Source: Eudoraea sp.
Lineage (GTDB): Bacteria; Bacteroidota; Bacteroidia; Flavobacteriales; Flavobacteriaceae
Direction of reading: 5' to 3'
Length of the DNA: 64,000 nucleotides
Assembly (NCBI RefSeq): GCF_039969275.1
Contig: NZ_JBDVOC010000003.1
Span: 31,434-95,433, forward strand
Numbering within the stretch: position 1 is the first letter of the stretch; each line of letters begins with the position of its first letter. The position numbers were made by a program, and so were the translations under genes. The notes beneath the pieces are model-generated. The model did not search any database, was not told the origin of the DNA, and saw only the letters and a program-made list of their open reading frames with translations. Below, piece by piece: positions 10,236 to 19,723 of this stretch.

Positions 10236-11255
10236 ATGAAAAGCGTATTTGTTTATTGCGAAGTTGAAAATCATAAAGTTGCAGAAATAAGCCAGGAATT
10301 ATTATCAACCGGGAAAAAACTAGCTACAAAACTAGGTGCTCCTCTTGAAGCAATGGTTTTTGGCAGTCAGTTAGGTGGAATTGAAGGTCAGATTTCCCAA
10401 TATGGTGTAGATAAAATATTTGTGGCAGACGATAAAAGATTAGAGCCTTATAGAACCTTACCACACTCAGCTATTGCAACTGATGTTTTAAAACAGGAAG
10501 AACCTCAAATAGTGTTATTCGGTGCAACATCTGTAGGTAGGGATTTAGCTCCACGATTAGCATCAGCCTTAAATTGTGGTTTAACTGCCGATACTACTAT
10601 ATTGGATATTGGAGATCATTTTGTGAAAAAAGAAAAGAAAGAATATAAAGATTTACTCTATGCGATAAGACCAGCTTTTGGAGGTAGTATTATGGCAAAT
10701 ATTATCAACTGGGATCAACATCCACAAATGGCAACTGTGAGGGAAGGTGTAATGAAAAAAGAGATTTTTGATGAAAATTATAAATCAGAAATTGTTGAAG
10801 TAGATGTAAACTCAATTGTAAGCGATGAAGATTTTGTTGTAAAAATTATAGAACGACATATCGAAGAATCAGATGTAAATCTTAAAGAAGCTCCAATAAT
10901 TGTAGCAGGTGGTTATGGTGTTGGTTCCAGGGAAAATTTTGAACACCTTGAAGAATTGGCCGATTTATTGGGTGGTGAAGTAGGAGGGTCTAGAGCTGCT
11001 GTCGATGCAGGGTTTATAGACCATAATCGTCAGATAGGTCAAACAGGAACAACCGTAAGACCAAAACTATACATAGCTGCGGGTATTTCTGGAGCAATTC
11101 AACATACAGCAGGAATGCAAGATGCTTCAATGATTATTTCTATCAATAGCGACCCTGAAGCACCAATTAATAGTCTTGCAGATTTTGTGATTCAAGGAGA
11201 TTTAGGAGTTGTAATCCCTAAGATGATTAAATTTTATAAAGCAAATGCTAAGTAA
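10236..11255 (+). CDS. etfA: Electron transfer flavoprotein alpha subunit (FixB family)
   Basis: 339 aa. C-terminal FAD-binding region (GGSRAAVDAGF..QIGQTGTTVRPKLYIAAGISGAIQH). Confidence 0.9.
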   Translation: MKSVFVYCEVENHKVAEISQELLSTGKKLATKLGAPLEAMVFGSQLGGIEGQISQYGVDKIFVADDKRLEPYRTLPHSAIATDVLKQEEPQIVLFGATSVGRDLAPRLASALNCGLTADTTILDIGDHFVKKEKKEYKDLLYAIRPAFGGSIMANIINWDQHPQMATVREGVMKKEIFDENYKSEIVEVDVNSIVSDEDFVVKIIERHIEESDVNLKEAPIIVAGGYGVGSRENFEHLEELADLLGGEVGGSRAAVDAGFIDHNRQIGQTGTTVRPKLYIAAGISGAIQHTAGMQDASMIISINSDPEAPINSLADFVIQGDLGVVIPKMIKFYKANAK

Positions 11256-11305
11256 GCGTTTTAAAAATAGAGTTATTCAATAACCCAAAACCAAAAAAAG
11301 TAAAA

Positions 11306-13042
11306 ATGGATAATTTTTTTAACGATACACCCGATTTTAAATTTCATTTAGGGCATCCTCTTTTTCAAAAAATTGTGGCACTTAAGGAAAAGAATTTCAC
11401 AGAATCTGAAATTTATGATTATGCACCATTAAACCATGAAGATGCTCTAGATAATTATGAGAAAGTATTGGATATTGTTGGTGAGATTTGTGCGAATACA
11501 ATTGCCTTAAATGCAGAATCGGTAGATTTAGAAGGACCTCATATTGAGAACAATGAAGTGATTTATGCAAAGGGAACAACGGAAGATTACAAAGCACTTT
11601 ATAATGCAGGGTTGATCGGAATGGCTTTGCCTAGAAAATATGATGGTTTAAACTTTCCCATGATACCCTATGTTATGGCAGCTGAAATGGTAGCTAGAGC
11701 GGATGCAGGATTTGCAAACATTTGGGGATTACAAGATTGCGCCGAAACTATTTATGAATTTGGTTCAGAAGAACAAAAAGATAAATATTTACCACGATTT
11801 AATAGGGATGGAGCAACTGCAGCCATGGTCTTAACAGAACCAGATGCTGGATCAGATTTACAATCCGTAAAATTGAAAGCTACTTTCGATGAAAAGGATA
11901 ATACTTGGAAGTTAAATGGGGTAAAACGGTTTATCACAAATGGCGATGCGGATATTTCTTTAGTTCTTGCCAGATCGGAAGCTAATACAACTGATGCACG
12001 TGGATTATCAATGTTTATTTACGATAGAAACGACCATGCAGTTCAAGTAAGGCACTTAGAGAAGAAATTAGGAATCAAGGGATCGCCAACTTGTGAATTA
12101 GTATTTAAGGATGCACCAGTAGAATTGGTAGGAAAAGAACGTTTCGGGTTAATAAAATACGTGATGGCCTTAATGAATTCTGCGCGTTTGGGTGTAGGAG
12201 CACAATCTGTTGGTATAGCCGATGCTGCCTATCGCGAAGCTTTAAAATATGCAGAAGAAAGAGCACAATTTGGAAAGATAATTCTAAAGTTTCCGGCTGT
12301 ATATGAAATGATTACAAATATGAAAGTTAAGATAGATGCCTTACGTTCATTATTGTATGAAACTACCTTGTTTGTAGATATAACAAAAGCTTATGAAGAA
12401 GTAATGAAGGAAAGACGCTTAGAGAAAGAAGAGCGTATGGAAATGAAACATTATATGAAGTTGGCTAATGTGTTTACACCTTTGATTAAACTTACTTCAA
12501 GTGAGGCGTGCAATGCCATAGCTTATGACTCGCTTCAAATTCATGGAGGAACTGGATTTATGAAAGATTTTCCAATAGAACGTATTTATAGAGATGCAAG
12601 AATTACTTCAATTTATGAAGGGACTACTCAAATGCAAGCCATAGCAGCTATTAAGGGGGTAACGACTGGAGTTTATTTAGAACAAATCAAGTATTATGAC
12701 GCTCAAGTTTCTGATAAAAACTGTGAAATCAGAACAAAACTTCATAAAATGACCGAAGCCTACGAATCCATTACGAATAGGGTAATAGAAATTGATAATA
12801 ATGAATTATTGGATTTTCATTCAAGGCGATTAGTAGAGATGGCGGGTAATATAATTATGGGCTATCTTTTGGTATTGAATAGTCAAAATAATGAAGCCTT
12901 CTCCAAGTCGGCAAGATTGTTCGTGAATCTTGTAAGATCTGAAAATTTTGAGAGTTATGATTTTATTGAAAATTTCGAAGTTTCTGAGTTAGAATCATAT
13001 AGAGTCTTAAAACCTGGAGAAGTTTTAGAAGAAGTTTCTTAA
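11306..13042 (+). CDS. Acyl-CoA dehydrogenase family protein (long, 578 aa)
   Basis: ACAD N-terminal, middle and C-terminal regions (LTEPDAGSD, ITNG, IHGGTGF, IYEGTTQMQ) plus a C-terminal extension of about 130 aa. Immediately follows etfBA. Confidence 0.88.
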   Translation: MDNFFNDTPDFKFHLGHPLFQKIVALKEKNFTESEIYDYAPLNHEDALDNYEKVLDIVGEICANTIALNAESVDLEGPHIENNEVIYAKGTTEDYKALYNAGLIGMALPRKYDGLNFPMIPYVMAAEMVARADAGFANIWGLQDCAETIYEFGSEEQKDKYLPRFNRDGATAAMVLTEPDAGSDLQSVKLKATFDEKDNTWKLNGVKRFITNGDADISLVLARSEANTTDARGLSMFIYDRNDHAVQVRHLEKKLGIKGSPTCELVFKDAPVELVGKERFGLIKYVMALMNSARLGVGAQSVGIADAAYREALKYAEERAQFGKIILKFPAVYEMITNMKVKIDALRSLLYETTLFVDITKAYEEVMKERRLEKEERMEMKHYMKLANVFTPLIKLTSSEACNAIAYDSLQIHGGTGFMKDFPIERIYRDARITSIYEGTTQMQAIAAIKGVTTGVYLEQIKYYDAQVSDKNCEIRTKLHKMTEAYESITNRVIEIDNNELLDFHSRRLVEMAGNIIMGYLLVLNSQNNEAFSKSARLFVNLVRSENFESYDFIENFEVSELESYRVLKPGEVLEEVS

Positions 13043-13075
13043 TTATAATATGTGTCTGTATATTGCTGCAAAATT

Positions 13076-13107
13076 AACCTTGCTTGAAAGTAGCGAGGTT
13101 TTTTTTG
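13076..13107 (+). terminator. Rho-independent terminator after the acyl-CoA dehydrogenase gene
   Basis: 9-bp stem (aaccttgct / agcgaggtt, one G-U pair) followed by a run of 8 T. Confidence 0.75.
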
Positions 13108-13325
13108 GCATTAGATTTAATATGGATTAATTACTTTTGTTTAGACTAATGAAAACAAAAGATATTTCTTTAATAATCAGGTTAGTAAATTTAGATTGGT
13201 GAGGTCCATTTTAAATAATTGCATCCTTCAACAAAAAAATAACTAATTGGTTCCCTACACTAATTTGCCTTGGCTTTATGATATCTTCGTTCTGATGTGG
13301 TTTCCTAACTAATTCCAAGACTTTT

Positions 13326-14336
13326 ATGGATCTTTCTTTTTCTTTAATCATTCCTGTATTTAACAGACCCGATGAAATTCGCGAACTGCTGGAGAGTCTA
13401 TTGCATCAGTCCTATAATAAATCATATGAAATAGTCATAGTTGAAGACGGCTCTGTTACCACCTCTAAAACTGTAATTGAAGATTATAAAGGAACATTAA
13501 ATATTACTTATCTTTTCAAAGAGAATACTGGTCCTGGGCATTCCAGAAATTTCGGTATGCAGCGGGCTAAAGGGAATTATTTTATAATATTGGATTCAGA
13601 TTGCGTAATTCCTGTCGATTATCTCGAAAAGGTAGCAGTTAGCTTAAACAACAAGTACGTAGATTGTTTTGGTGGCCCTGATGCCGCACATCAGTCATTC
13701 TCAAATGTTCAAAAGGCGATAAATTATGCCATGACTTCTATCTTTACCACAGGAGGTATCAGAGGAAATAATAAAACTGTCGATAAATTTCAGCCCAGAA
13801 GTTTTAATATGGGGATTTCCAAAAAGGCTTTTGAAGACTCGGGAGGCTTTGGAAATATACATCCGGGTGAGGACCCGGACCTAAGTATGCGTTTATGGGA
13901 AAAAGGGTATGAAACCAAATTAATTAGTGAGGCTTTTGTTTACCATAAGCGAAGAATAAGTTTCAATAAATTCTTTATACAGGTTAAAAAGTTTGGTATG
14001 GTACGTCCAATTCTTAATAGCTGGCATCCAGGTTCTTCCAGAATCTTTTATTGGTTTCCTTCCCTTTTCTGTATTGGGCTTATAATTTCTCTAATAATGC
14101 TATTCATTGAGTCGGGAAGATATCTATGGCCCATTATACTTTATGTTGCGTATTTTGCGTTTATTTTTTTAGATGCTTTAATAAAGAATAAAAACCTTGT
14201 AGTTGCCTTTTTGGCTATTATTGCTGTTATGATTCAGTTTCTTGGTTATGGCTATGGTTTTCTAAAATCAGTAATCTTAGTTAATTTTAGCAAAAGAAAA
14301 CCAGAGGAACTTTTTCCCGAATTGTTTTTTAAATAA
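13326..14336 (+). CDS. Family 2 glycosyltransferase with C-terminal membrane segments
   Basis: 336 aa. SLIIPVFNRPDE and ILDSDC (DxD) are GT2 hallmarks. Hydrophobic C-terminal third. Confidence 0.85.
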   Translation: MDLSFSLIIPVFNRPDEIRELLESLLHQSYNKSYEIVIVEDGSVTTSKTVIEDYKGTLNITYLFKENTGPGHSRNFGMQRAKGNYFIILDSDCVIPVDYLEKVAVSLNNKYVDCFGGPDAAHQSFSNVQKAINYAMTSIFTTGGIRGNNKTVDKFQPRSFNMGISKKAFEDSGGFGNIHPGEDPDLSMRLWEKGYETKLISEAFVYHKRRISFNKFFIQVKKFGMVRPILNSWHPGSSRIFYWFPSLFCIGLIISLIMLFIESGRYLWPIILYVAYFAFIFLDALIKNKNLVVAFLAIIAVMIQFLGYGYGFLKSVILVNFSKRKPEELFPELFFK

Positions 14337-14341
14337 ATTTA

Positions 14342-15298
14342 ATGGAGCAGAAAGAAGTCAAAAGGAGTAGTGATAAAAGAAAGATAAATATATTTTTAAT
14401 CTTCCTTTTGTGCTCTTTCCTGGCCTGGCTTGTAAGCAGATTATCTGAGACCTATGTTGACCGTACATCTTTTGACCTGGAGTATATAAACGTACCTGAC
14501 AGTCTCCTTTTGGCTGATGACTCTTTGAAAAATCTTGATGTAAGACTTAGAGCCAGCGGGTTTCAGTTCTTGGGTTTTAATTATAAGAGTAAAAAAATTG
14601 AGATTGATCTGTCTAGTATGGCTAATAACCAATCAAAATTTTTCGTTACCCAACTTGATTTCAGGAAACAGATAGAGAGTCAATTATCTGGTTCTATAAC
14701 CCTTTTAGAAGTAGATAGGGATACGCTGTTTTTGGATTTTTACCAGGTTGAATTAAAAAACGTTCCCATCTCTCCCAATATTATCTTAAACCCTGCCCAG
14801 AATTATCTTGTAGACGGCAAATTAAGTATAGAGCCTTCACTAATTTCAATATCAGGACCAATAAAGGAGTTGGATTTAGTAAATTCAGTTTCAACATCGG
14901 AGATTGAACTCAATGAAATTACTGAGGATTTTTCCATAGTAGTTGATTTGGTTTTGCCCGAAGAGCTAAAGAATTCGGTGCTTTCCGCAAAAAAGGTAAG
15001 AATCTCAGGGAATGTTTTTAGATTCTCTGAGAAGTTAATAGAAATTCCAGTTGAGGTTATTAATCTCCCGGAGGGAACTCAGATAAAAACTTTTCCCAAC
15101 ACAATTCCGGTACTTTGTAAAGCCAAAATTGATCGATTAAAAGATATTAGTCCTGTAGACTTTAAAGTTGTGGCTAATTTTCAGGAGCAAAGAGGTGATA
15201 ATCAAAATCTTCAAGTAAGCCTTATTGAAAAACCCAAAGATGTTTACAGTGTTCAACTAATGAAGAATGAAGTGGAATTTATCTTGAAACGTCAATGA
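14342..15298 (+). CDS. YbbR-like domain-containing membrane-anchored protein
   Basis: 318 aa. One N-terminal TM segment followed by repeated beta-rich modules. Sits in the conserved slot before coaE. Confidence 0.6.
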   Translation: MEQKEVKRSSDKRKINIFLIFLLCSFLAWLVSRLSETYVDRTSFDLEYINVPDSLLLADDSLKNLDVRLRASGFQFLGFNYKSKKIEIDLSSMANNQSKFFVTQLDFRKQIESQLSGSITLLEVDRDTLFLDFYQVELKNVPISPNIILNPAQNYLVDGKLSIEPSLISISGPIKELDLVNSVSTSEIELNEITEDFSIVVDLVLPEELKNSVLSAKKVRISGNVFRFSEKLIEIPVEVINLPEGTQIKTFPNTIPVLCKAKIDRLKDISPVDFKVVANFQEQRGDNQNLQVSLIEKPKDVYSVQLMKNEVEFILKRQ

Positions 15299-15882
15299 AG
15301 ATTATAGGATTAACCGGTGGAATTGGCAGTGGAAAAACAACAGTAGCTAAACTTTTTAAAGAATTGGGTGTCCCTGTTTATAATTCTGATTTGAGAGCCA
15401 AAAAACTAATGAAAAATTCTAAAGAGATTAGAACTGCCGTTATCGATCTTTTAGGAAAAGATTCATATGTATTGGAAAGGTTAAACAAAAAATACATAGC
15501 TGATAAGATTTTTAGTGATAAGCAATTACTTGAGAAGCTTAATGCAATTGTTCATCCAGCCGTTAGAAACGATTTTATTGGGTGGTTAAAAAAGAAAAAA
15601 ACTCCATATGTAATCCAGGAGGCAGCAATACTTTTTGAAAACAGTTCCTATAGTAATTTTGATAAGATAATACTTGTAAAGGCCCCAAAAGAGGTTCGTT
15701 TAGAAAGAATTATAGCAAGAGATAATGGTTCAAAGGAAGAGATATTGGCGCGAATGAAGAATCAATGGGACGATTCTAAAAAGATTCCTTTATCTGATTA
15801 TATTATCGAAAATATAGACTTAGATCAGACCAAATTACAAGTTGAACAGATTCATCGCCAACTTACTAAAATAGTGGTCTAA
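15295..15882 (+). CDS. coaE: Dephospho-CoA kinase
   Basis: 195 aa. IGLTGGIGSGKT P-loop and a 4-nt overlap with the upstream gene. Confidence 0.92.
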   Translation: MKIIGLTGGIGSGKTTVAKLFKELGVPVYNSDLRAKKLMKNSKEIRTAVIDLLGKDSYVLERLNKKYIADKIFSDKQLLEKLNAIVHPAVRNDFIGWLKKKKTPYVIQEAAILFENSSYSNFDKIILVKAPKEVRLERIIARDNGSKEEILARMKNQWDDSKKIPLSDYIIENIDLDQTKLQVEQIHRQLTKIVV

Positions 15883-15961
15883 CAGCTTTTTTAACATTTT
15901 TGTTAAGGTTAGGTTAAACAGGCGATACACTAAATGTTAAATTTTTAAATTTACCAAATCG

Positions 15962-17542
15962 ATGAATAAGAGATTATTTGTTAGCCTGGTCATTTTAATG
16001 AGCCTCTCTCTTATTGGGATTATCTCTGTACAATTGTATTGGATAAAAAGTTCTGTTGAAGATAAAGAAGAACAATTTTCAAATGCAGTTGCTGAAGTTC
16101 TTAATAAAGTAACGGACAAAATTGAAGACCGTGAAATGGACGACTATTCTGAGAGATTTTTAAATCTTAAGGATAGTGTAGGAGAGTTTAAGAGCTCCCA
16201 TTTGAGTAACATATTTTTTATTGATCGCGATTTAAATTCTAACGAGATTCTATTTTACTCGCATGGAATTTTGGAAGAGGATTATAATATTGCATCTACG
16301 TTCTTTGACAATAGCAATGGTAACGATACCACAACAATAAGAAATTATACTAGTAAGCGCACTAAAACAGTTTATAAAGAGGATTTTGGACTGGATGGTA
16401 AAAGCTATAAACTAAATCCTATACAAAAATTGGAGAAAGTAGGGGGCTTATCATCCATAGACAAGGCAATTTTTGACGATGTCTATAGGGAATATGCAGA
16501 AAAGGTTCCTATTCATAAACGCGTTTCAATACAAGAGATAGAATTATTACTGGACCGTGAATTGGAAAATCGCGGTATGGATATTGAATATGAATATGGT
16601 GTCTATAGCAAGGGTCTACCTACTAAAGTAAAGTCTAAAAGATTCAAATTAGGAGGAACAACGGTTTATAAAGCTCCATTTTTCAAGAACAGTGAAGGAT
16701 TGAGCAATTTTACGCTCTTGTTATCTTTTCCTAAAAAGAAAAAGTTTTTACTTCGATCGATTCTGGGAATGGCGATTTTATCTTTGGTTTTCACACTTAT
16801 TATAGTTGTGGCATATTCGGGAGCAATTTATCAGTTAATAAAACAAAAGCAGATCTCAGAAATAAAGTCAGATTTTATCAATAATATGACACATGAGTTT
16901 AAAACACCCATTGCTACAATAAACTTGGCGGTTGAAGCGATCAGAAATCCAAAAATTATTGGAGATCAGGAAAAGGTACAACGGTATTTGCAAATGATAA
17001 AGGAAGAGAATAAAAGAATGCATGCTCAGGTTGAAAATGTACTTAGGATCTCCAAACTTGAAAAAAACCAATTAGATATAAGTAAGGACAGGGTAGATGT
17101 TCACGACATTATTAAAAAAGCCATTACCCATGTTCAGCTTATTGTAATGGATAGGGGAGGATATATTCACACCAATTTAGATGCTGCAAGATCAGAAGTG
17201 TTGGCAAATGAGATGCATTTTGGAAATGTGATTGTAAACATTTTGGATAATGCTGTGAAATATTCACCAGAGGCACCCAAAATTGATGTTTTTACGGAGA
17301 TTGCCAATAATTATATTGTCATTAAGATACAAGATCAGGGTGCAGGAATGAGTAAATGGGTGTTGAAAAAAGTATTTGAAAAATTTTATAGAGAACACAC
17401 CGGAGATATACATAATGTTAAAGGACATGGGCTGGGATTGGCTTATGTAAAAAAAATTGTAGAAGATCACCAAGGGGAAGTTTATGCAGAAAGTGAAAAA
17501 GATAAAGGAAGTAGCTTCTATATTAAACTACCATTAATTTAG
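15962..17542 (+). CDS. Sensor histidine kinase (HisKA + HATPase_c), two TM segments
   Basis: 526 aa. H-box NNMTHEFKTPIA, N-box ILDNAVKYS, and G-boxes QDQGAGM and GHGLGLAYV. Confidence 0.9.
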   Translation: MNKRLFVSLVILMSLSLIGIISVQLYWIKSSVEDKEEQFSNAVAEVLNKVTDKIEDREMDDYSERFLNLKDSVGEFKSSHLSNIFFIDRDLNSNEILFYSHGILEEDYNIASTFFDNSNGNDTTTIRNYTSKRTKTVYKEDFGLDGKSYKLNPIQKLEKVGGLSSIDKAIFDDVYREYAEKVPIHKRVSIQEIELLLDRELENRGMDIEYEYGVYSKGLPTKVKSKRFKLGGTTVYKAPFFKNSEGLSNFTLLLSFPKKKKFLLRSILGMAILSLVFTLIIVVAYSGAIYQLIKQKQISEIKSDFINNMTHEFKTPIATINLAVEAIRNPKIIGDQEKVQRYLQMIKEENKRMHAQVENVLRISKLEKNQLDISKDRVDVHDIIKKAITHVQLIVMDRGGYIHTNLDAARSEVLANEMHFGNVIVNILDNAVKYSPEAPKIDVFTEIANNYIVIKIQDQGAGMSKWVLKKVFEKFYREHTGDIHNVKGHGLGLAYVKKIVEDHQGEVYAESEKDKGSSFYIKLPLI

Positions 17543-17548
17543 AAATTT

Positions 17549-18256
17549 ATGGAAACAGCAAACAAAAAAATACTTTTAGTCGAAGACGATCCTAACTTTG
17601 GAATCGTGTTAAAGGACTACCTATCCATGAACGATTTTGATGTTACTTTAGCAAAAAACGGAATGGAAGGTTTTGAGAAGTTTAAAAAAGACAATTATGA
17701 CGTCTGTATATTGGATGTGATGATGCCTTATAAGGATGGGTTTACACTGGCAAGGGAAATTCGGGAGAAGAATGAGAACGTTCCCATCGTTTTTCTTACA
17801 GCTAAAACTATGAAAGAAGACGTTCTAAAAGGTTATAAAGCAGGCGCCGACGATTATTTAAACAAACCATTTGATTCTGAAGTTTTGCTGATGAAATTAA
17901 GGGCTATTCTTCAAAGAAAGGCCTCTAATACCTTGGCTGATAGCAAACAATTTGAATTTAACATTGGAAACTTTCATTTAAATTCTAAACTAAGGTTTCT
18001 TAAATACAAGGATGAAGAGCCAATAAAACTCTCGCCGAAGGAAAATGAATTATTAAGGCTACTGGCTTTGCATGAGAATGACCTTATGCCCAGGGAGTTA
18101 GCATTGACTAAGATCTGGCGCGATGACAACTATTTTACATCAAGAAGTATGGATGTTTATATAGCCAAATTGCGTAAGTATCTTAAAAGAGATGACGTAG
18201 TTGAGATTTTGAATATTCATGGCGAAGGTTTCAGGCTTGTAGTGAAAACACAATAA
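17549..18256 (+). CDS. OmpR/PhoB-family response regulator
   Basis: 235 aa. Receiver domain (LLVEDD, ILDVMMP, LTAK, YLNKPF) plus a winged-helix output (LSPKENELLRLL). Confidence 0.92.
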   Translation: METANKKILLVEDDPNFGIVLKDYLSMNDFDVTLAKNGMEGFEKFKKDNYDVCILDVMMPYKDGFTLAREIREKNENVPIVFLTAKTMKEDVLKGYKAGADDYLNKPFDSEVLLMKLRAILQRKASNTLADSKQFEFNIGNFHLNSKLRFLKYKDEEPIKLSPKENELLRLLALHENDLMPRELALTKIWRDDNYFTSRSMDVYIAKLRKYLKRDDVVEILNIHGEGFRLVVKTQ

Positions 18257-18278
18257 AATATAAAAGTTTAAGATAATT

Positions 18279-18308
18279 AGGCATCCCATGGTGGATGCCT
18301 TTTTTATT
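18279..18308 (+). terminator. Rho-independent terminator after the response regulator gene
   Basis: 8-bp stem (aggcatcc / ggatgcct) with a 6-nt loop, followed by TTTTTATT. Confidence 0.75.
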
Positions 18309-18312
18309 AAGA

Positions 18313-18807
18313 CTATATTAACCCTAGGATTCGGTTAACTATTTCGTCAGGAGGCATATTTATTGAAACCTTTATGGCTTTTTGAGGTATCTCCAGGGTT
18401 TCAAACTGGGACTTAAGAAGTTCAGCTGGCATAAAATGACCTTTTCTTTGGTTCAAGCGGTTCATTATATCTTCAAAAGAACCACTTAGGTAGATCCACC
18501 TTGCATTTTCCTGAAGATTAGCATCCAATATTTGCCTGTAGGCTTCCTTTAATGCCGAACAACCTATAATTGCACCCTCTTCACGCTTGTTAAGGGCTAA
18601 TTCATTTAATTTTAATAGCCAGCCTATTCTATCTTCGTCGGTTAACGGCTGTCCGGAGGCCATTTTTTTAACATTGGTTTTAGAATGATAGTCATCTCCA
18701 TCATAGAAAGGTATTTTGAGTTCTTTTGCCAATAAACTCCCAATAGTAGATTTACCACAACCTGAAACCCCCATAATAAAGTAAATTTTTGGATCCGTCT
18801 TTATCAT
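18313..18807 (-). CDS. gntK: Gluconokinase
   Basis: 164 aa. GVSGCGKSTIG P-loop, FYDGDDYH, and DEDRIGWL characteristic of the GntK/IdnK family. Confidence 0.85.
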   Translation of the reverse strand: MIKTDPKIYFIMGVSGCGKSTIGSLLAKELKIPFYDGDDYHSKTNVKKMASGQPLTDEDRIGWLLKLNELALNKREEGAIIGCSALKEAYRQILDANLQENARWIYLSGSFEDIMNRLNQRKGHFMPAELLKSQFETLEIPQKAIKVSINMPPDEIVNRILGLI

Positions 18808-18808
18808 T

Positions 18809-19723
18809 TTACGTGGACTTTTTTAAATGTATAATTTGGTCCAGTACCTCCTCAAATGGAGTAGAGACATCTACCCAAATAATATCCTTATTTTTTCCAA
18901 ACCATGTCAATTGCCTTTTTGCAAATCGACGTGTATTTTTTTTTATTTCTGAAATTGCAAAATCCAGGTCCCATATTCCATCAAAAGAGTTAAAAAGCTC
19001 TGTGTAACCTACAGTTTGTAAAGCATTTAAATGTTTGTGTTTATATAATGATCTGGCTTCCTCTATGAGTCCGTTTTCAATCATGGTATCCACCCGTTCA
19101 TTTATTTTATCATAAAGAATGCTTCTTTCCATCGAAAGACCTACCATGATTGAATTGAATGGTCGGGGTGGTTTTTTTTTATTTATAAAAGAAGAATAGG
19201 TCTTACGAGTACCAAGGCAAATTTCCAGAGCACGAATGATTCTATGAGGATTTTGAATATCCACTTTATCGTAATATTTTGGGTCCAATTCTTTAAGTTG
19301 ATTTTGTAAAACTTCGATTCCTTCCTGCTTATGAATAGAATTTAATTTGGTTCTTATTTCCTTATCAACCCCGGGGAAAGCGTCTAAACCATAATTAACC
19401 GCATCAACATATAAGCCGCTGCCACCCACCATGATAGTAATATCGTATTTCTTAAAGAGGTTATCTAGAACATTCAGGGCATCCTTTTCAAAATCGCCTA
19501 CATTGTATATTTCCCGGATACTCTTATGTTGAATAAAATGATGTGGTACAGACTCTAGTTCATTTCTTGAAGGAACCGCAGTTCCTATTGACATTTCCTT
19601 GTAAAATTGTCTGGAGTCCGCGGAGATGATCTCTGTCTTGAAATATTTTGCAAGGTCTATAGCTAGTTTTGTTTTCCCAATTGCTGTGGGCCCTACAATT
19701 GTAATAAGATATTTACCTGGCAT
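18809..19723 (-). CDS. miaA: tRNA dimethylallyltransferase
   Basis: 304 aa. IVGPTAIGKT, ISADSRQFYKEMSIGTA, and GGSGLY. Confidence 0.93.
   Translation of the reverse strand: MPGKYLITIVGPTAIGKTKLAIDLAKYFKTEIISADSRQFYKEMSIGTAVPSRNELESVPHHFIQHKSIREIYNVGDFEKDALNVLDNLFKKYDITIMVGGSGLYVDAVNYGLDAFPGVDKEIRTKLNSIHKQEGIEVLQNQLKELDPKYYDKVDIQNPHRIIRALEICLGTRKTYSSFINKKKPPRPFNSIMVGLSMERSILYDKINERVDTMIENGLIEEARSLYKHKHLNALQTVGYTELFNSFDGIWDLDFAISEIKKNTRRFAKRQLTWFGKNKDIIWVDVSTPFEEVLDQIIHLKKST

Noticed and set aside
9783-10274. 163-aa minus-strand ORF antisense to etfB/etfA; similar cases at 24179-24535, 26476-26832, 58606-58992, 62479-62877 and 7436-7759
   Set aside because: All are antisense to genes with strong family signatures and have no recognisable motifs.
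13149-13202. 17-codon ORF (MKTKDISLIIRLVNLDW) in the ACAD-GT2 spacer
   Set aside because: No signal peptide, no promoter box and no recognisable leader-peptide logic. Its start lies in the loop of the 13134-13161 hairpin. It is most likely chance.
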